A stretch of 64,000 nucleotides of DNA from contig JAYWIR010000014.1 of assembly GCA_036172245.1 (NCBI GenBank), forward strand, positions 2,046,001 to 2,110,000, written 5' to 3'. Shown here one piece after another: positions 37,368-48,975 of the stretch. The notes below the pieces were generated by a model that had not been told where the DNA came from, did no database searches, and saw only the letters and a program-made list of their open reading frames with translations. Within the stretch, counting starts at the first letter, position 1; every line of letters starts with the position of its first letter. Position numbers and translations under genes: made by a program. The DNA is from Raillietiella orientalis (taxonomy: Eukaryota).

Positions 37368-40300
37368 GGTACAGAAATGACAAAACTAGGGAGTTCTTTA
37401 AAAAAGGGTCCTGATAAAGCCATTTGGGAGGAAAGGGAGGTATTTTTCGTCACATGGAGACGGGAAGAGTGGGTGTGGGGGGGGGGGGGCGTGTATGTAC
37501 ACTGTGTACACTGGATAATAATTTAAAATAAGCGGGCTGAAGGAGGGGGGGGGGGAGAACAATTCGTGTGAGTTTTCTCTCCCTCCAGTTTTCTTCCTTC
37601 TGGAGGGAGGAGGAGAGGGGTGCGTGCGTGCAGCGCACGGAGCGCACCCCGTGGAATGACTCGAGATTACTCCTCCCCCTCCTCCCTTCCCCTCTAGACT
37701 CTTCCTTCTCCTCCTCCTCCTCCTCTTCTTCCTCGCGAACGGAGGTGGCGGCAGCGGCTTGGGGTGGGGGTGGGGGGGGGAAGGGAGAGGGTGTGGAAAG
37801 GGTGTAGTAACTACCGGGAGGAGGGGAGGGGGAGGAACATCCCATCCCAGAATATAAAGTGGGGAGCATCTTTGTCTTCCCGCCTCTCTTCCTCAACACT
37901 CTGGGGAGGGACAAGAAGCACCCGTGTCGTCGAATCTTTCCATGGACAGTCAACAATAAAAGGAAAGCGCTGGGGGCGGGGATTGGGGAGTGGGATGAGG
38001 GGGGATGGGGGGGGGACTCGCGAGCAGGGTCCCTAGTCAGGCCTTGGCACTTCGGCGTCTCTAAGGAGACCATGTAATATTATCATCTAGGCCTGAAGAG
38101 GGGGGCGAGCAAGGAGCCCTTTGAGAGGCAAGAAGGGGACGTGGGGGGGGGGGGGAACGGGAGGGAGGATGGTGGAGAGTGGGGTGAGGGGCGGGGGAGA
38201 GAAACAGCAGATCAGTCTCAGCAGCGAACAACAACCAACAACAACGGCAACAACAAGAACAACAATAAAAATGAAATCAGCAGCCAGCAAACGGAAAACC
38301 GGAAGTGCACGGACGGCAAGGACTCTTTGAGGAAGGGAGGGGAGGATCCAGAAAAATTGAAGGAGGAGGGGAGGGTAGGTTCCCACTCTTCGTACGATGC
38401 CTGGATGCGCCCCATGCGCGCCCAGGGAAGGCGGGGGGGAAGTGAGCTTCCACCGTCCTCCCTCCCTCTCCTCCTGCCCTCCCTTCCTGCTTGCTGCTGA
38501 AGCTCTCCTCATCGCGTGCGCCTTGCGTGCACGCCCAGGTTCTCCCCTCCCCCCCCCTCCTCATCTTCTCTCTCCCCATGCAGCCTCCCTCGATGGAGGG
38601 AGGGGGGGAGGGGGGGCTGCGAAAGAGAGGGAAGTCCCGCGTACCCCTGCTGCCTCACCTCGGTGCTACCCCACCCACCCCTTGAGATCGGCGCGGGGAT
38701 GCGAGACGGAGGGAGGGGCCGTCGACGGGGGGTAGGGATGGGGACGCTGCTCCTCCTTCACTCTGGGCAAGCTCCCAAGGGCGTGCCGCGCGCGTTCCGG
38801 ACAGCGGGAAGGAGAGGAGATCGTCCTCTTCCTCCCTTCCTTGCCTCGCCCCCTCCGCTGCGGGCGAGTGAGGGACGTACGGCACTCCCGGGGATTAGTC
38901 CGGAGGATAGTCGACGGGGGAGGGGGAATGACGGCGGGTGCAGGGGGACGGTCTCGGAGGGGGAGCGTGGGTCGCGAGTGGCGAGCAGGTCGGGGAGGGG
39001 GAGGGTGGGCGCGGGCTTCCGAAAGCGGAGGCCTCTCCTGGATCGGGGGAGGAAGAAGACGGGAAAGAGGGGAGAGGAAGCGAGGGCGGGGAGCACAAAG
39101 GCCGGGCTTGCTCGGTCCCCTCGGCTTTCCCGGACGGACCTGCAGGAGGGAGAGGGAAGAGTGAAAGTGAACGGAGATCGCTCCCGCCGCCCAGGTCCAC
39201 GCTCTCCTGCCGCCGTTATCGATCCCGAGCCTTTGTGGCGGGAGCGGTTGACGAACCGCGCTCGCGTTCCCGAAGCGCCTACTCCGCCCTGGGCAGAGGT
39301 GTCCTCGAGCGCCCGGCAGGAAAGGGAGCGGAGCGCGCGCGCCTTCGCAGCGGGGGGGAGTGGGGAGGGGAAGGGAAGGCCGGGAAGGAGGGCTCGCGCA
39401 GGCGCGGGCTGCTGCTCAGCCGCAGCTGCGCGCGCCTCCCCCTCCCCCCGCCCGCCCCCTCCTTCTCCCCCCTCCTTCCCTCACTCGCGCCACCGCTCGG
39501 AAAAGGGGAGGGGGAGTGGGCACGCTTCCCTCCCCCCCCCTTTCCCCTAGCGAGCGAGGAGGGAGGGGGAGCAGCGGAACCCTCGCCGCCGCCGGGAAGA
39601 GAGCTCGGTGCGTGCCGCTCCATTATGCGCCTCTCCCTCCCCCTCCTCCCCTTTTCCTTTTTCCGCAAACCTGGAAGCGCCCAGCTGCCGCGCGAGCGAG
39701 GGGGGAAGAAAAAAGGGGGAGGCGGTCCGGGAAAACATGAATTTTTGAAGCGAAATTTCTCCCTCGTTCCCTGAAGGGGGAGCCCCGGCTGGCTGCGGGG
39801 ACGCGCGGCGTCACCTCCACCGTCGCGAGGGCAACCCCAAGCGTCCCCTCCCGAGGGCGGGGGAGGATGAAGAAGGCAGCCGGAGGGGGTGTGCCCGCGT
39901 GGAAAAGGCGGCTGCCCTTGCTTCCCGGGGAACGGATGGATGCGCTCTCGCCCTGAGGAGAGCGAAAGGGGGGGGGAGATGGGGATAGCGCGACCCTTCC
40001 TCCCTCCCCTCCCCATGCTCGCCCGGTTTGCAACCTCCCTTTCTCCTGGCCCTCCTCCTCGCCTCTTCCCGGAGCAACGCAAGAGAGGGTGTTCTTCCCG
40101 CACCCCCTCCCGGCGCCGCCCGCGCGCGCTCCAGGGGCGACCCGCTCGCTATCCCGCCGTGCGCGCGTGCAGCGGGGAAGGGAGGGAGGTGGGGATGGGT
40201 TCTGCCCGGAGATTGGATGCGGCCGCGGCGGGAACTTCCGGGAGTGGGACGGGCGCTCCAGAAGAGGCCGGCAGCCGCCGCGAATCCTTTGCTCCCGTAG

Positions 40301-41745
40301 AGAGGGGGAGCTCCCGGCGTTCAGGCGTCTCCCTAATTCGATTTCGTCCTGTTCCCGGGAGGAGCAGGTGCGGGAGGCTTCCCGGAGGAAAGGAGCGAGC
40401 GCGCCGCTTTCGGGAAGCGCGCGCGCCATATGGTCCGCGGAGCAGAACAAATGCCTCCCTCGCCGGACGCGAGGATTCCGGGATTTCTAAAAAGCGGGAA
40501 TTTCGCGGTCCCGATTCCCGAAAATCGGAAAACGCGCGAAATCGGTTCCGGAGCGGCAAGGGGAAGGAAAGAAGGAATCCCCCCCCCCACTTCCCTTTTC
40601 AAGGGAAAAAGGCGCGTGAGAGAGAGGGGAGAGGGTCCACAGTCCTATTCCCGGAGCGAACTCGCAAGCGCAAAACGATGGAAGCGAGGGAGGGGCAGTG
40701 GAGGGCGGAAGGAAGATGCGTGCGTAGGAGGTAACCCAGGGATGGGGGGTGGGGGTGGGATTGCGGGGGGAAAGGGGGGGGAGGGAAAAAACGAAACAAA
40801 AGAAAGGCGGGGAGGAGGGATGGGGTGTGCGGGGAGGACGAAGCGGCCGGCAGGGGAAGTAGTCGGCGCTCTCCTGCCGCCGCAGCCGCGCCACCTACCG
40901 CCACCGCCCTTCCTTTTTTCCTTCCTCACCTCCCGTCTCCTCCCTCGGTGGCCGGAGTTTCCGGTCCGTCCGCTGCTCGAGGGCGAGCTGCAGGCCAGAG
41001 GAAGGCCACAAGATACAGCACTGGCCGCTACCGTATCACCCCTGGCGGCAGCAACTCACGCCCCGCGGGTGGGACGCCCTTCCGAGGCGCGCCTATTTAG
41101 CGTCCCTCTCTCTCTCTCCAGCCACGTCCTCGTCCACCATGCCAGTGGTTCCTGCCGCAGGTGGGTGTGCGTGGAGAAACCACCGCCACCACCGGCAGCA
41201 ACAACTGGATCGGCTCTTCACCCTTCCTTCTTCGTGCATTCCTCCTGCTTGCCATCCTCCTCCTCCTCCTCCTCCCTGTTTTCCCCCGCGTGCACGAAGC
41301 ACGGGGAGGTGTGCGCACGCACGCACGTGGGAGGAGAAGCGGGGCGGGAATCTGCGGGTCTGCTCCTCCTTATCCTCCTTTCCTCAGGCCTCGTCGGTCC
41401 CTCCCTGCCGACGGGTGGACTGTCGGCGATCACGCTGCCGGGAGGTTCACGATGTTCCCAGTCGCCAGATGGGGATCGGGCGAGTGCACCTGCCGTGCGA
41501 AGAGGAGGAGCAGGGAGGGGGGGGGGAGGAGGAGGAGGAAGGCGCACGCACGTAGGCGTGACGACACGCAGGCTGCTGCGTAAAGGGGGATGCGCGATGG
41601 ACGCTGTCCATCCTGATTTTCTCTCCTTTCCTTGCGCTCTCTCCCTCCCGCCCCATGGGACCTCCTCGGGAGAGGAGAGGGAGTCAGGGGGCGGGGGCGA
41701 GCGCTTTCCTCGGCTTCTTCCTCTCCCGTCGCGCCGTCGCCGCAC

Positions 41746-43276
41746 TCACTTGGCGGGCGACAGCTCAAACGTCACGGTCAGGGACGTGGGGACGCTGCGC
41801 TTGACGGGCAGGTAAACCACCGACGGGACGAAAGCGGACGCCGCCACATCAGCGCCACCGGCGGTGGCCGCGGCCTTCATCAAAAACGGCTGCATAGTGA
41901 ACATGCCATGCTGGAGGTCCTCGGCCTGGGGCACGCCATAGCTGGTTGGGATGCGGCGGGAGCAGCGGACGCCGTTGGGAGAGGACGAATCGCCATCGCC
42001 CAGTAGCAAAGAAGGCGCCGCACGCCTCCGCTGCACCCATTTGGCTGCAGCCGCTCTCCGAACAGTCGTCGCGACGCAGCGACGGTTCCTCTTACGGGCG
42101 GTCCCACTCCCATGGTACTCGTGGAAGTGCGTGAGGCAGCCAACTCTGCTGCGGAACTTCCGAGGGCAACCAGGACAACGGAACCTTCTGCCGGAGCGCT
42201 GCTGCTTCTGCTTCTGTTGTTGTTGTTGCTGCTGCTCTTGTTGCCGATGCTGCTGTTGATGCCGGCGGCGGCGACGGCGGCGCTCTCTTGGCTGCTGCTG
42301 CCTGTCGAGGCTGCGGGCAAGCCGGCGCTCATGTGGCTCGCCAGCTGGCACTGTCGAGCACCACGGACAGTCCGCGCGAGAGGGGGACACCACGGTGCTG
42401 CTACTGCTGCTGTTGTCGTCGGCTGTCTCGCGTGCCTTAAGTCTTTCGTGGAAAGTCAGGTGGAGCAGGGAGGGACAGGTGGCGGCCGGACAGCTCTTGC
42501 ACAGCGCGTTCTTGCGTTCTTCCTCTGGAGGGCGATGGTGGTGATGGTGAAGGTGGAGGCGCTCGTGCTCACCGCCGCCATCCTCATCGTCGTCGTCGTC
42601 GTCATTGCGGTCTTCGTCTTCGTCTTCGTCTTCATCGTCGTCTTCGTCTTCGTCGTCGTCGTCGTTTTCATCGTCATTGCCGTTGTCCCTGGAGGGTGGG
42701 GCATGTGCTTTGAGCAGGTGCGCCTGCAGACCGGCCTGGTCGCCGCACGGACACCCACAGAGCCGGCAGCGGAGCGCCGCTGATGTCGCCGCCTCCGGAG
42801 CGTGGGCGTCTCTCCACTGGCGCACCTCAGACTCTCCGTGGTCGTTGAGCAGGTGCGCCTTGAGCCACTTGACGCTCTTGAACCGGCGGTTGCAGAGGAA
42901 GCACACCTCCGTGAAGTGGTGGTGGTGGTGGTGGTGGAGGGTGCGTCCATCTGCCAGAAGGGAAACCGCCGCCGGCGCGTCCGCAGAGGCGGAAGCGGCG
43001 GCAAGGACGGTGGCCGCATCCGGCGTTCCGGAAGATCCTTCCTCGGCGGCGACCCCGTGGGTGTTCTGCTTGTGCACCTTGAGAAAGTACTTGCTGCAGA
43101 GCTCCTTGTTACAGATATCGCAGGTGACGCCGCCCAGCAGCGAGCCGTTCTCCACGTTGATACCGTGCATCTTTAGCATGTGCGTCTTCATGAAGTACTT
43201 GTTGCACAGTTCCTTGTTGCAGATCTCACAGTAGCTGCGGTTCGACTGCCGCCCTCCTCCCTCTGGGAGCGATGGG

Positions 43277-43308
<32 letters not shown>

Positions 43309-46104
43309 GCTCTCCGAGGTCATCCTCTCCAGTTCCCTCTTCATGCGCTCGTAGAAGCTGAAGCTGTTGGGGGTGAGCAGCGAGCTGCCACTGCCGCCGC
43401 CGCCTCCTCCCGTCGCTCCGTGCAGGGCCTGCAGGTGCTGCTGCAGGGAATACTTGTCGAAGAAGTCCTTCTTGCAGAGGTGACACTGAGCCGGAGGCGG
43501 AGGCGGGGGAGGTTGGCCGTCTGCCGCCGCCAGCAGAGAGGACGAGGACGCAGGATGGTGATGGTGATGGTGGTGGTGCGGATGGTGGTGTGAAAGCAGC
43601 GGGGAACAGAAGGGCGTCGGGGTCGGCGAGCGAGCGGAGGAGGTCCCCGCTGGAGGCAGGGGGGGAGGTGCCGGAGGCGCCGGGAGGCAAAGCGGCGACG
43701 CCGCTGTTGCGAGCCTGCCGCTGCCGCGCCCCTCCTCCGGCCCTTGGGTGAGCTTCGAAGTGACGTCCCTGTCTTCCTTGTCTCCTGCTCCCGAAGAACC
43801 GCCGTTGAGTTCCAGGATCATGCTCTGCAGCTTGTGCAGGTCTCCCCCGGGACTGTCAGCACGCGCCGGGCGGACGCCGCCCCCGCCGGACCCGTCGGCT
43901 TCCCAGGGGGCGGCAGGCTCCGCCGGGGGCGACGAGTGGAAGTAGTGCTTGTGCATGCGCAGGAGGTAGGCGCTGACGAATGGGCGGCCGCAGAACTCGC
44001 AGCTCATGTCCTTGCCGTCGGAGGGGACGTCCGTCTCGTCCTTCGCTTCTAGCTTGGGGCAGCATTCGCCGCCGCCGCCCCCTCCCGGGAACGCAGGGGG
44101 CGCCCTCTGGCCTCCGACGCATTCGTGTGACTTCAGCGGCTCGCAGGAAGGTTTCCCGCACCGGGAACACGCACGCGTGGACCTGGAGGACACCTTCGGA
44201 CCGACATCCTCTGGATCGAAGCTGCTGTCCTCTTCGTCCTCAGCGCTCTGCAGCAGCAGCATCTGTTGTTGTTGCTGCTGCTGCTGCACACGGCAGCAAC
44301 TGTCCGCATAGTTCTGCAATATCATGGCTATGGTGCTGTCGCTGAGGAACGAGTGCGCCCGCTTCAGGTGGTTCTCGTAGTCCTCTGGGTTCTTCACCTG
44401 CTCCTGGCAGAACGTGCAGGAGGGTGGTTCCTCCACTGGAGGTGGCGGTGGCTGCGGCGGCTTTTTCGTCGGGAACGAGCCAAAGCGGGCGGTGGTGGTG
44501 GTGGTGGTGGTGGAGGAGGAGGAGGAAGAGGAGGAGGAGGAGTGGGGCGGCTGTGCGGCTGCGGAGGCGGTCGCAGCTCCACCCTTGCTCTTGGGTGGCG
44601 GCTTCGGTCGCGGCGTGGTTCCACTTTCATCGTTGATGCCGTGAAGCTTCGCCTTGTGGCGCTTCAAGAAGTACTTGTTGCAAAAGACCTTCTGGCACAC
44701 CTCGCAGAAGGACTCCATGCTGGCCTGTCGCGTGCCCGATCCGTTGAAGGTGTCCTCGCCGCCCTTCGGGAATGCTTTCGCTGGGAGCTTCAGCATCGCG
44801 GGGAAGACCTTGGAGGGAGGCAGGTATCGTCCAGGAGAGGGAGGTTGTTGCTGCTGCTGTTGCTGCTGCTGCTGAGACGGGGGGGAGCCGGGCGTTTTGG
44901 CTGCCTCTCCGCTGCCAGCCTTCCCCGCCCAGGGAATACCCGCAGCGTAGCTCCCGCCGCAGTTACCGCCCTCTCCGCTGCTTCGGTCCGCGTTGTACAC
45001 CCCGTGCTTGTTGGCCTTGTGCGTCTTCAGGAAGTATTTGTTGCAGAACTCCTTGTTGCAGATCTCGCAGTACGCCTCAGGGTTGAATATGCGCAAGGGG
45101 GCGTTCGCGCCGGTGGGGGCAGTCCCACCCACCGAGGTGAAGAGCCCTCCCGCCGCTGCTGCAGCGGCCGCAGCAGCAGCCGCAGCGGCTGCGGCTGCGG
45201 CCGCCGCCTGTGGGCTGGGGAACAGGGACGTGGCGCCTGAAGGGAGGATGGGCAAGAAGAATGAATGGGGCGGGTGATTGACGTAGGTCTCATGGGTGGA
45301 AGGGGAGACGGGGACGAGGTCCTTCTGCACAGAGGCCTCGTCCCCGTGCCTCGAGGGTGAGCCCTCGCCAGAGGACCCGCTTTTGTCCACGTGTTCCGCC
45401 TGGGAAGGAGGAGGCGGGTGGCGGGACAGGTCGTCCCAGAGACTGGAGAAATCCCTAGCGTTGGACAGGTCTAGTGGATACTCGCTGGAGTCGGAGTAGT
45501 CCTGGTCCACCTTGTTGGAGAGGAAGGCGCGTCCGTAGGGGTGCTGATCGTCGGAGTCCGAGAAGCCCGCCGCGCAGCGCACCTCGAAGCCGAGCTCCTC
45601 TTCGTTGTCGTCGTCGACGTCGTCGCTGTCGGCTGTCGGTAGCAGTTCCCTGCCTTCCCTGGACAGAGCCAGTCGGATTGGGTTCGACTGCTTCCGCCTC
45701 TTCTTCTCGCGGCTCCTGGAGGGCTCAGTCATGCGCTTCGAGGCGCCACCGCCGCCGCCGGTTCCCTGCGTAGCCACGGCACTGGAGGCAACCACGGCGG
45801 CGGAAGCCGCCGTCACGGCGGCGGTGGCGGCTGCTGTCAGCTCCACCTTGTCGAGCTCGTCGCCCGTGGTGTACAGGTCGAGGTCGGAGTCCCGAGAGGA
45901 CAGTGACAGCCGCCCGTCGAGCGGAGAGCGGACGTCGGACTCGCTCTCTGCGTCGTCGCTGGTCATCTCGATCTTGGGGAAGGTCAGGTCAAACTGGCCG
46001 GGGGGGTTGCCCGGGGACTTGGGGAACCTGTCTTTCCGCTGCAGGAGGGGGAAGGAGTAGAGCGTCTCGGAAGGGGTGGATGGATTTACGGCCGTGGAAG
46101 CCAT
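41746..46104 (-). CDS. Intronless multi-C2H2 zinc-finger protein, 1452 aa, probable transcriptional repressor
   Basis: Uninterrupted 4359-nt ORF with a strong Kozak context (GCAGCCATGG). It has ten CX2CX12HX4H fingers (e.g. CEICNKEFCNKYFLKTHKANKH 45069-45004; CEICNKELCNKYFMKTHMLKMH 43230-43165; CDICNKELCSKYFLKVHKQNTH 43122-43057) plus degenerate CX2C pairs. Also RRKQSNP (aa 136-142), PLDLS (aa 210-214), poly-A/Q/H/S/T/D-E tracts, and a non-repetitive C-terminus (MQPFLM...FVPSVVYLPV...TVTFELSPAK). Confidence 0.93.
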
Positions 46105-48265
46105 GGCTGCGGACGGGTAACCATAGCAGTCCTGTCGCCACGTGCGGCTATCACAGTTCCAAGGTCACGTGTTTACGAATTGAGGTAACCATATCACATC
46201 ACGTCATCTCAGGAGGCTGTGCGGCACGGAGGCTGCTGCTTCGCGACTCTTGAGGGACCTGGAACAGGGAGATCTGATGCACCCACGCGGACAAAGAGGG
46301 AAGCGTGGGAAGGAGTCACAGGAACGCTGAGGATAGCAGCGGCCGCAGCAACGAGGGGGCATGGACTCTTTGGTTGCCACCGCACCCGTCTCAGGAGGCG
46401 TGGTTTCCATCCTCCTCTTGCATCTCCCTCTCTCCCCTACCCTCTGCATCCCGACTCGTCACCATCCCCCCTTGCCTTCCCTCTTTTCCGGACGCGGCGC
46501 ATTCTCGCGCTCTCAGACAAGCACGCTGGAGCCTCTGGTAACTGCACCGCAAAGCTTCCCGGAGGGAAGGAGAGGGGGAGCTGGAGTTTCGGCAAAATGA
46601 GGGCTCTCCGTTCATGGAAGAGAGCAAGGAAGAAAGGGGGCGCATCTTCCGGAGGGGGAGCAGTGGGGCTTCCACAGTCCACTCTCTCCTTCCTTCCCAC
46701 CTTCCTCTTTGGTTTCGAGCCATCCACCCGCTGCTTCCCTGGAACGACTCAATGGGGCAGGGAGAGGGAGGAACGGGGGACGCTGCCTGCCCTCCACCAC
46801 CTCCACGGTCCTCACCCAAGTCCCCCACCCCTCCCCACCCCCTTTCCCGTTCTCCACTTCGCGGAGCCGAGTGTTAGCCTCTTCCTCCGTCGGCAGGGAG
46901 AGGCGCACCGTCCGTCCGCCAACCTCCAGCCAAGGGAAGAGGGGAAAAAAAGAAGGCGGGAAGCCGAGAAGGGGAAAGAGGGAGGAAAGGAGGGGAGGGA
47001 GGAGGAGGAGGAATCGGGGGGGGGGAGCGCAGGGAGCGACACCACAGGAGCGGAGCCGCAGCGTGGTCGGTCCCTCGCTGAACTCATGAGAGCGACAGGA
47101 ATGCGCAAGCACGCTTTCACGATGCGTTCCCAGAGTCTGGGATGAGAGGCGGACGCGCTTTTGGCTGCTGAGGCACTGGCGTGAGTCGGATGGGGAGACG
47201 GCTGGGACTCTTCTTCTCAACTCCGCCCCCAGGGCAGGCGGGGCACCCAGCATCCACGACGGGATGGCTGAGGAGTGGACGCACGAGAGGGACGCACAGC
47301 AGCGGTTCCCGGTTTCCGTCTCCCCATCCCGGGAAAACGTGCCTGCTGTACCTGAACGTACGTCTTCTCGATGCGGCTCTTCCCCTCTTGCGGGTCCACT
47401 GCTCTGCAGCGGGAACGAAAGGGAAGGGGTAAGAGGAGAAGAGGACGAATGAGGTGGCGGGCATGCATCCGAATGGAGTATGGCAAAAGCAGAGGGAAGT
47501 CTAATCCCTCAGAATGAGAGTGGGGGTGGTGTGAAGCGGCAGCAGAAAGGGAGGAGCCAATAAGGCGAGCGTGGGGATTGGGATGAGCAGGGAGAATCTG
47601 AGGGCGGTCGCGGGCCCACGAGGAGGAACTCAGTCCTTCCCCTACCGGGTCTACAACCCATTCCCCCTCTTCTCGGGGACCCTCTCTCCACCCCTCACCT
47701 CCACCGCGACACCTGCATGAGTCCTTCCTTTCCCCCTCTTCTTCCCTCCTGTGGTCTTCGTTCTCCAGGAATATTCTCCCCCCTCCCTTTTCAGAGTCGC
47801 TCCTCCTCCCGAGATGAGGAGTCCCGGGGTGCTTGGGCTGCCGGGACGGCTCGCGGCGAAAGTGCGTGGAAACGAAGGAAAGGTGCGGGGGGGTCGTGGC
47901 GCGGCGGCGAGTGACCTCGCGGCGAGAAAAGGCGCACGCCGCCGGCCTGCACGGAAGGGTAGCGAGGGGCAAGAAGGATCGGCTTCTCATCCCACCTCCC
48001 TTCCCCTCCTTTTCCTTCTCCCCGCCTTCTGCCGCGCCGCTCTCTCCTCGCGGAGGAAACGGAGGGGGAGGGGGCAACGCCATCCCGCGGGCGCACGCGC
48101 AGCCCCCTCCTCCTCCTTACCGGTTCCCCGCGCGCGAGGGCGGAGGGGAGAGAGAGAGAGAGAGGGCGCCAGGGCAGCAGCCGGACGGAGCGATCGATTC
48201 CCCGCCTGCGCGTGCGCGTTCCTTCCCCCCCCCCCGCGCCCGCCAGTTCGCCCACCCCCCTCCTT

Positions 48266-48323
48266 CCTCCTCATGACGGTCGGCGCCCCTCCCTCCTTCT
48301 CATGACGGTCGACGTCCTTCCCT
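48266..48323. repeat. Tandem duplication, 2 x 29 bp
   Basis: CCTCCTCATGACGGTCGGCGCCCCTCCCT / CCTTCTCATGACGGTCGACGTCCTTCCCT, 4 mismatches. Confidence 0.85.
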
Positions 48324-48975
48324 CACGCCTCTGCCACCCCAGGGGTGACCGACAGGACCGGAGAAATGAGGAGGAGAAGGAGGAGGAGGGGGAGGGACCC
48401 CGTTCCCTGTCCGCGGGGCGACCTTCGCTCCCTTCCCTTCCTCCCGGGAGGCTCTCTAGCGGAGGAGAGGCAGCAAGGCAAATCAGAAAGGGGCGGAGCG
48501 GTACACCCCTCCCCCCTCCCGCACTTCCGAGCGAGTGGCCAGGGAGGGACTCTTCCCGAGTCTGCTGCCTCCCCCTCTCTTCTCGCCCGGTGTCCCCTCC
48601 TCTTCCCGAAGAGGGAGCGGCGGAGGGCGTTTGGGCGCGAACAGAAGAGTCGGATGGGGTGGGGGCAGCACTCCTTGCGGGAGATGAGCTATTGAGAATG
48701 GGGGGGGGGGGGGGGGAAGAGTCCCTAGGCGCGAGGGAGTAAAGGGAAACGAGAAAGGACGGAGGGTGAGGAGGAAGCCCCCTCTCCCCTCCTTCCCCTA
48801 ATCAGCAAACCCACGCTGGTCTGTATCGATTTTGTGGGTGGGTGGATGGGTGGAAAGGAAGGCTTTTTCCCGTTACCTCCGCGTCCTACGGGAAAGCGCG
48901 CGCGCCCGTCCTCGCCTTCTTCTCCCCATCTTCCCCTGCTCCCCTCCGGCCGTTGTTTTGGGGCCGCCGGATCAT

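Noticed and set aside
35064..41815. Long ORFs 35064-36110, 38516-39550, 39889-40734 and 40430-41815
   Set aside because: Low-complexity G/P/R translations of G-run and GGA-repeat DNA with no motif; better explained as the zinc-finger 3' UTR or flank.
42112..46060. Plus-strand ORFs overlapping the zinc-finger CDS (e.g. 44266-45240, 42112-42783)
   Set aside because: Antisense shadows of a GC3-rich, trinucleotide-repeat-rich coding sequence.
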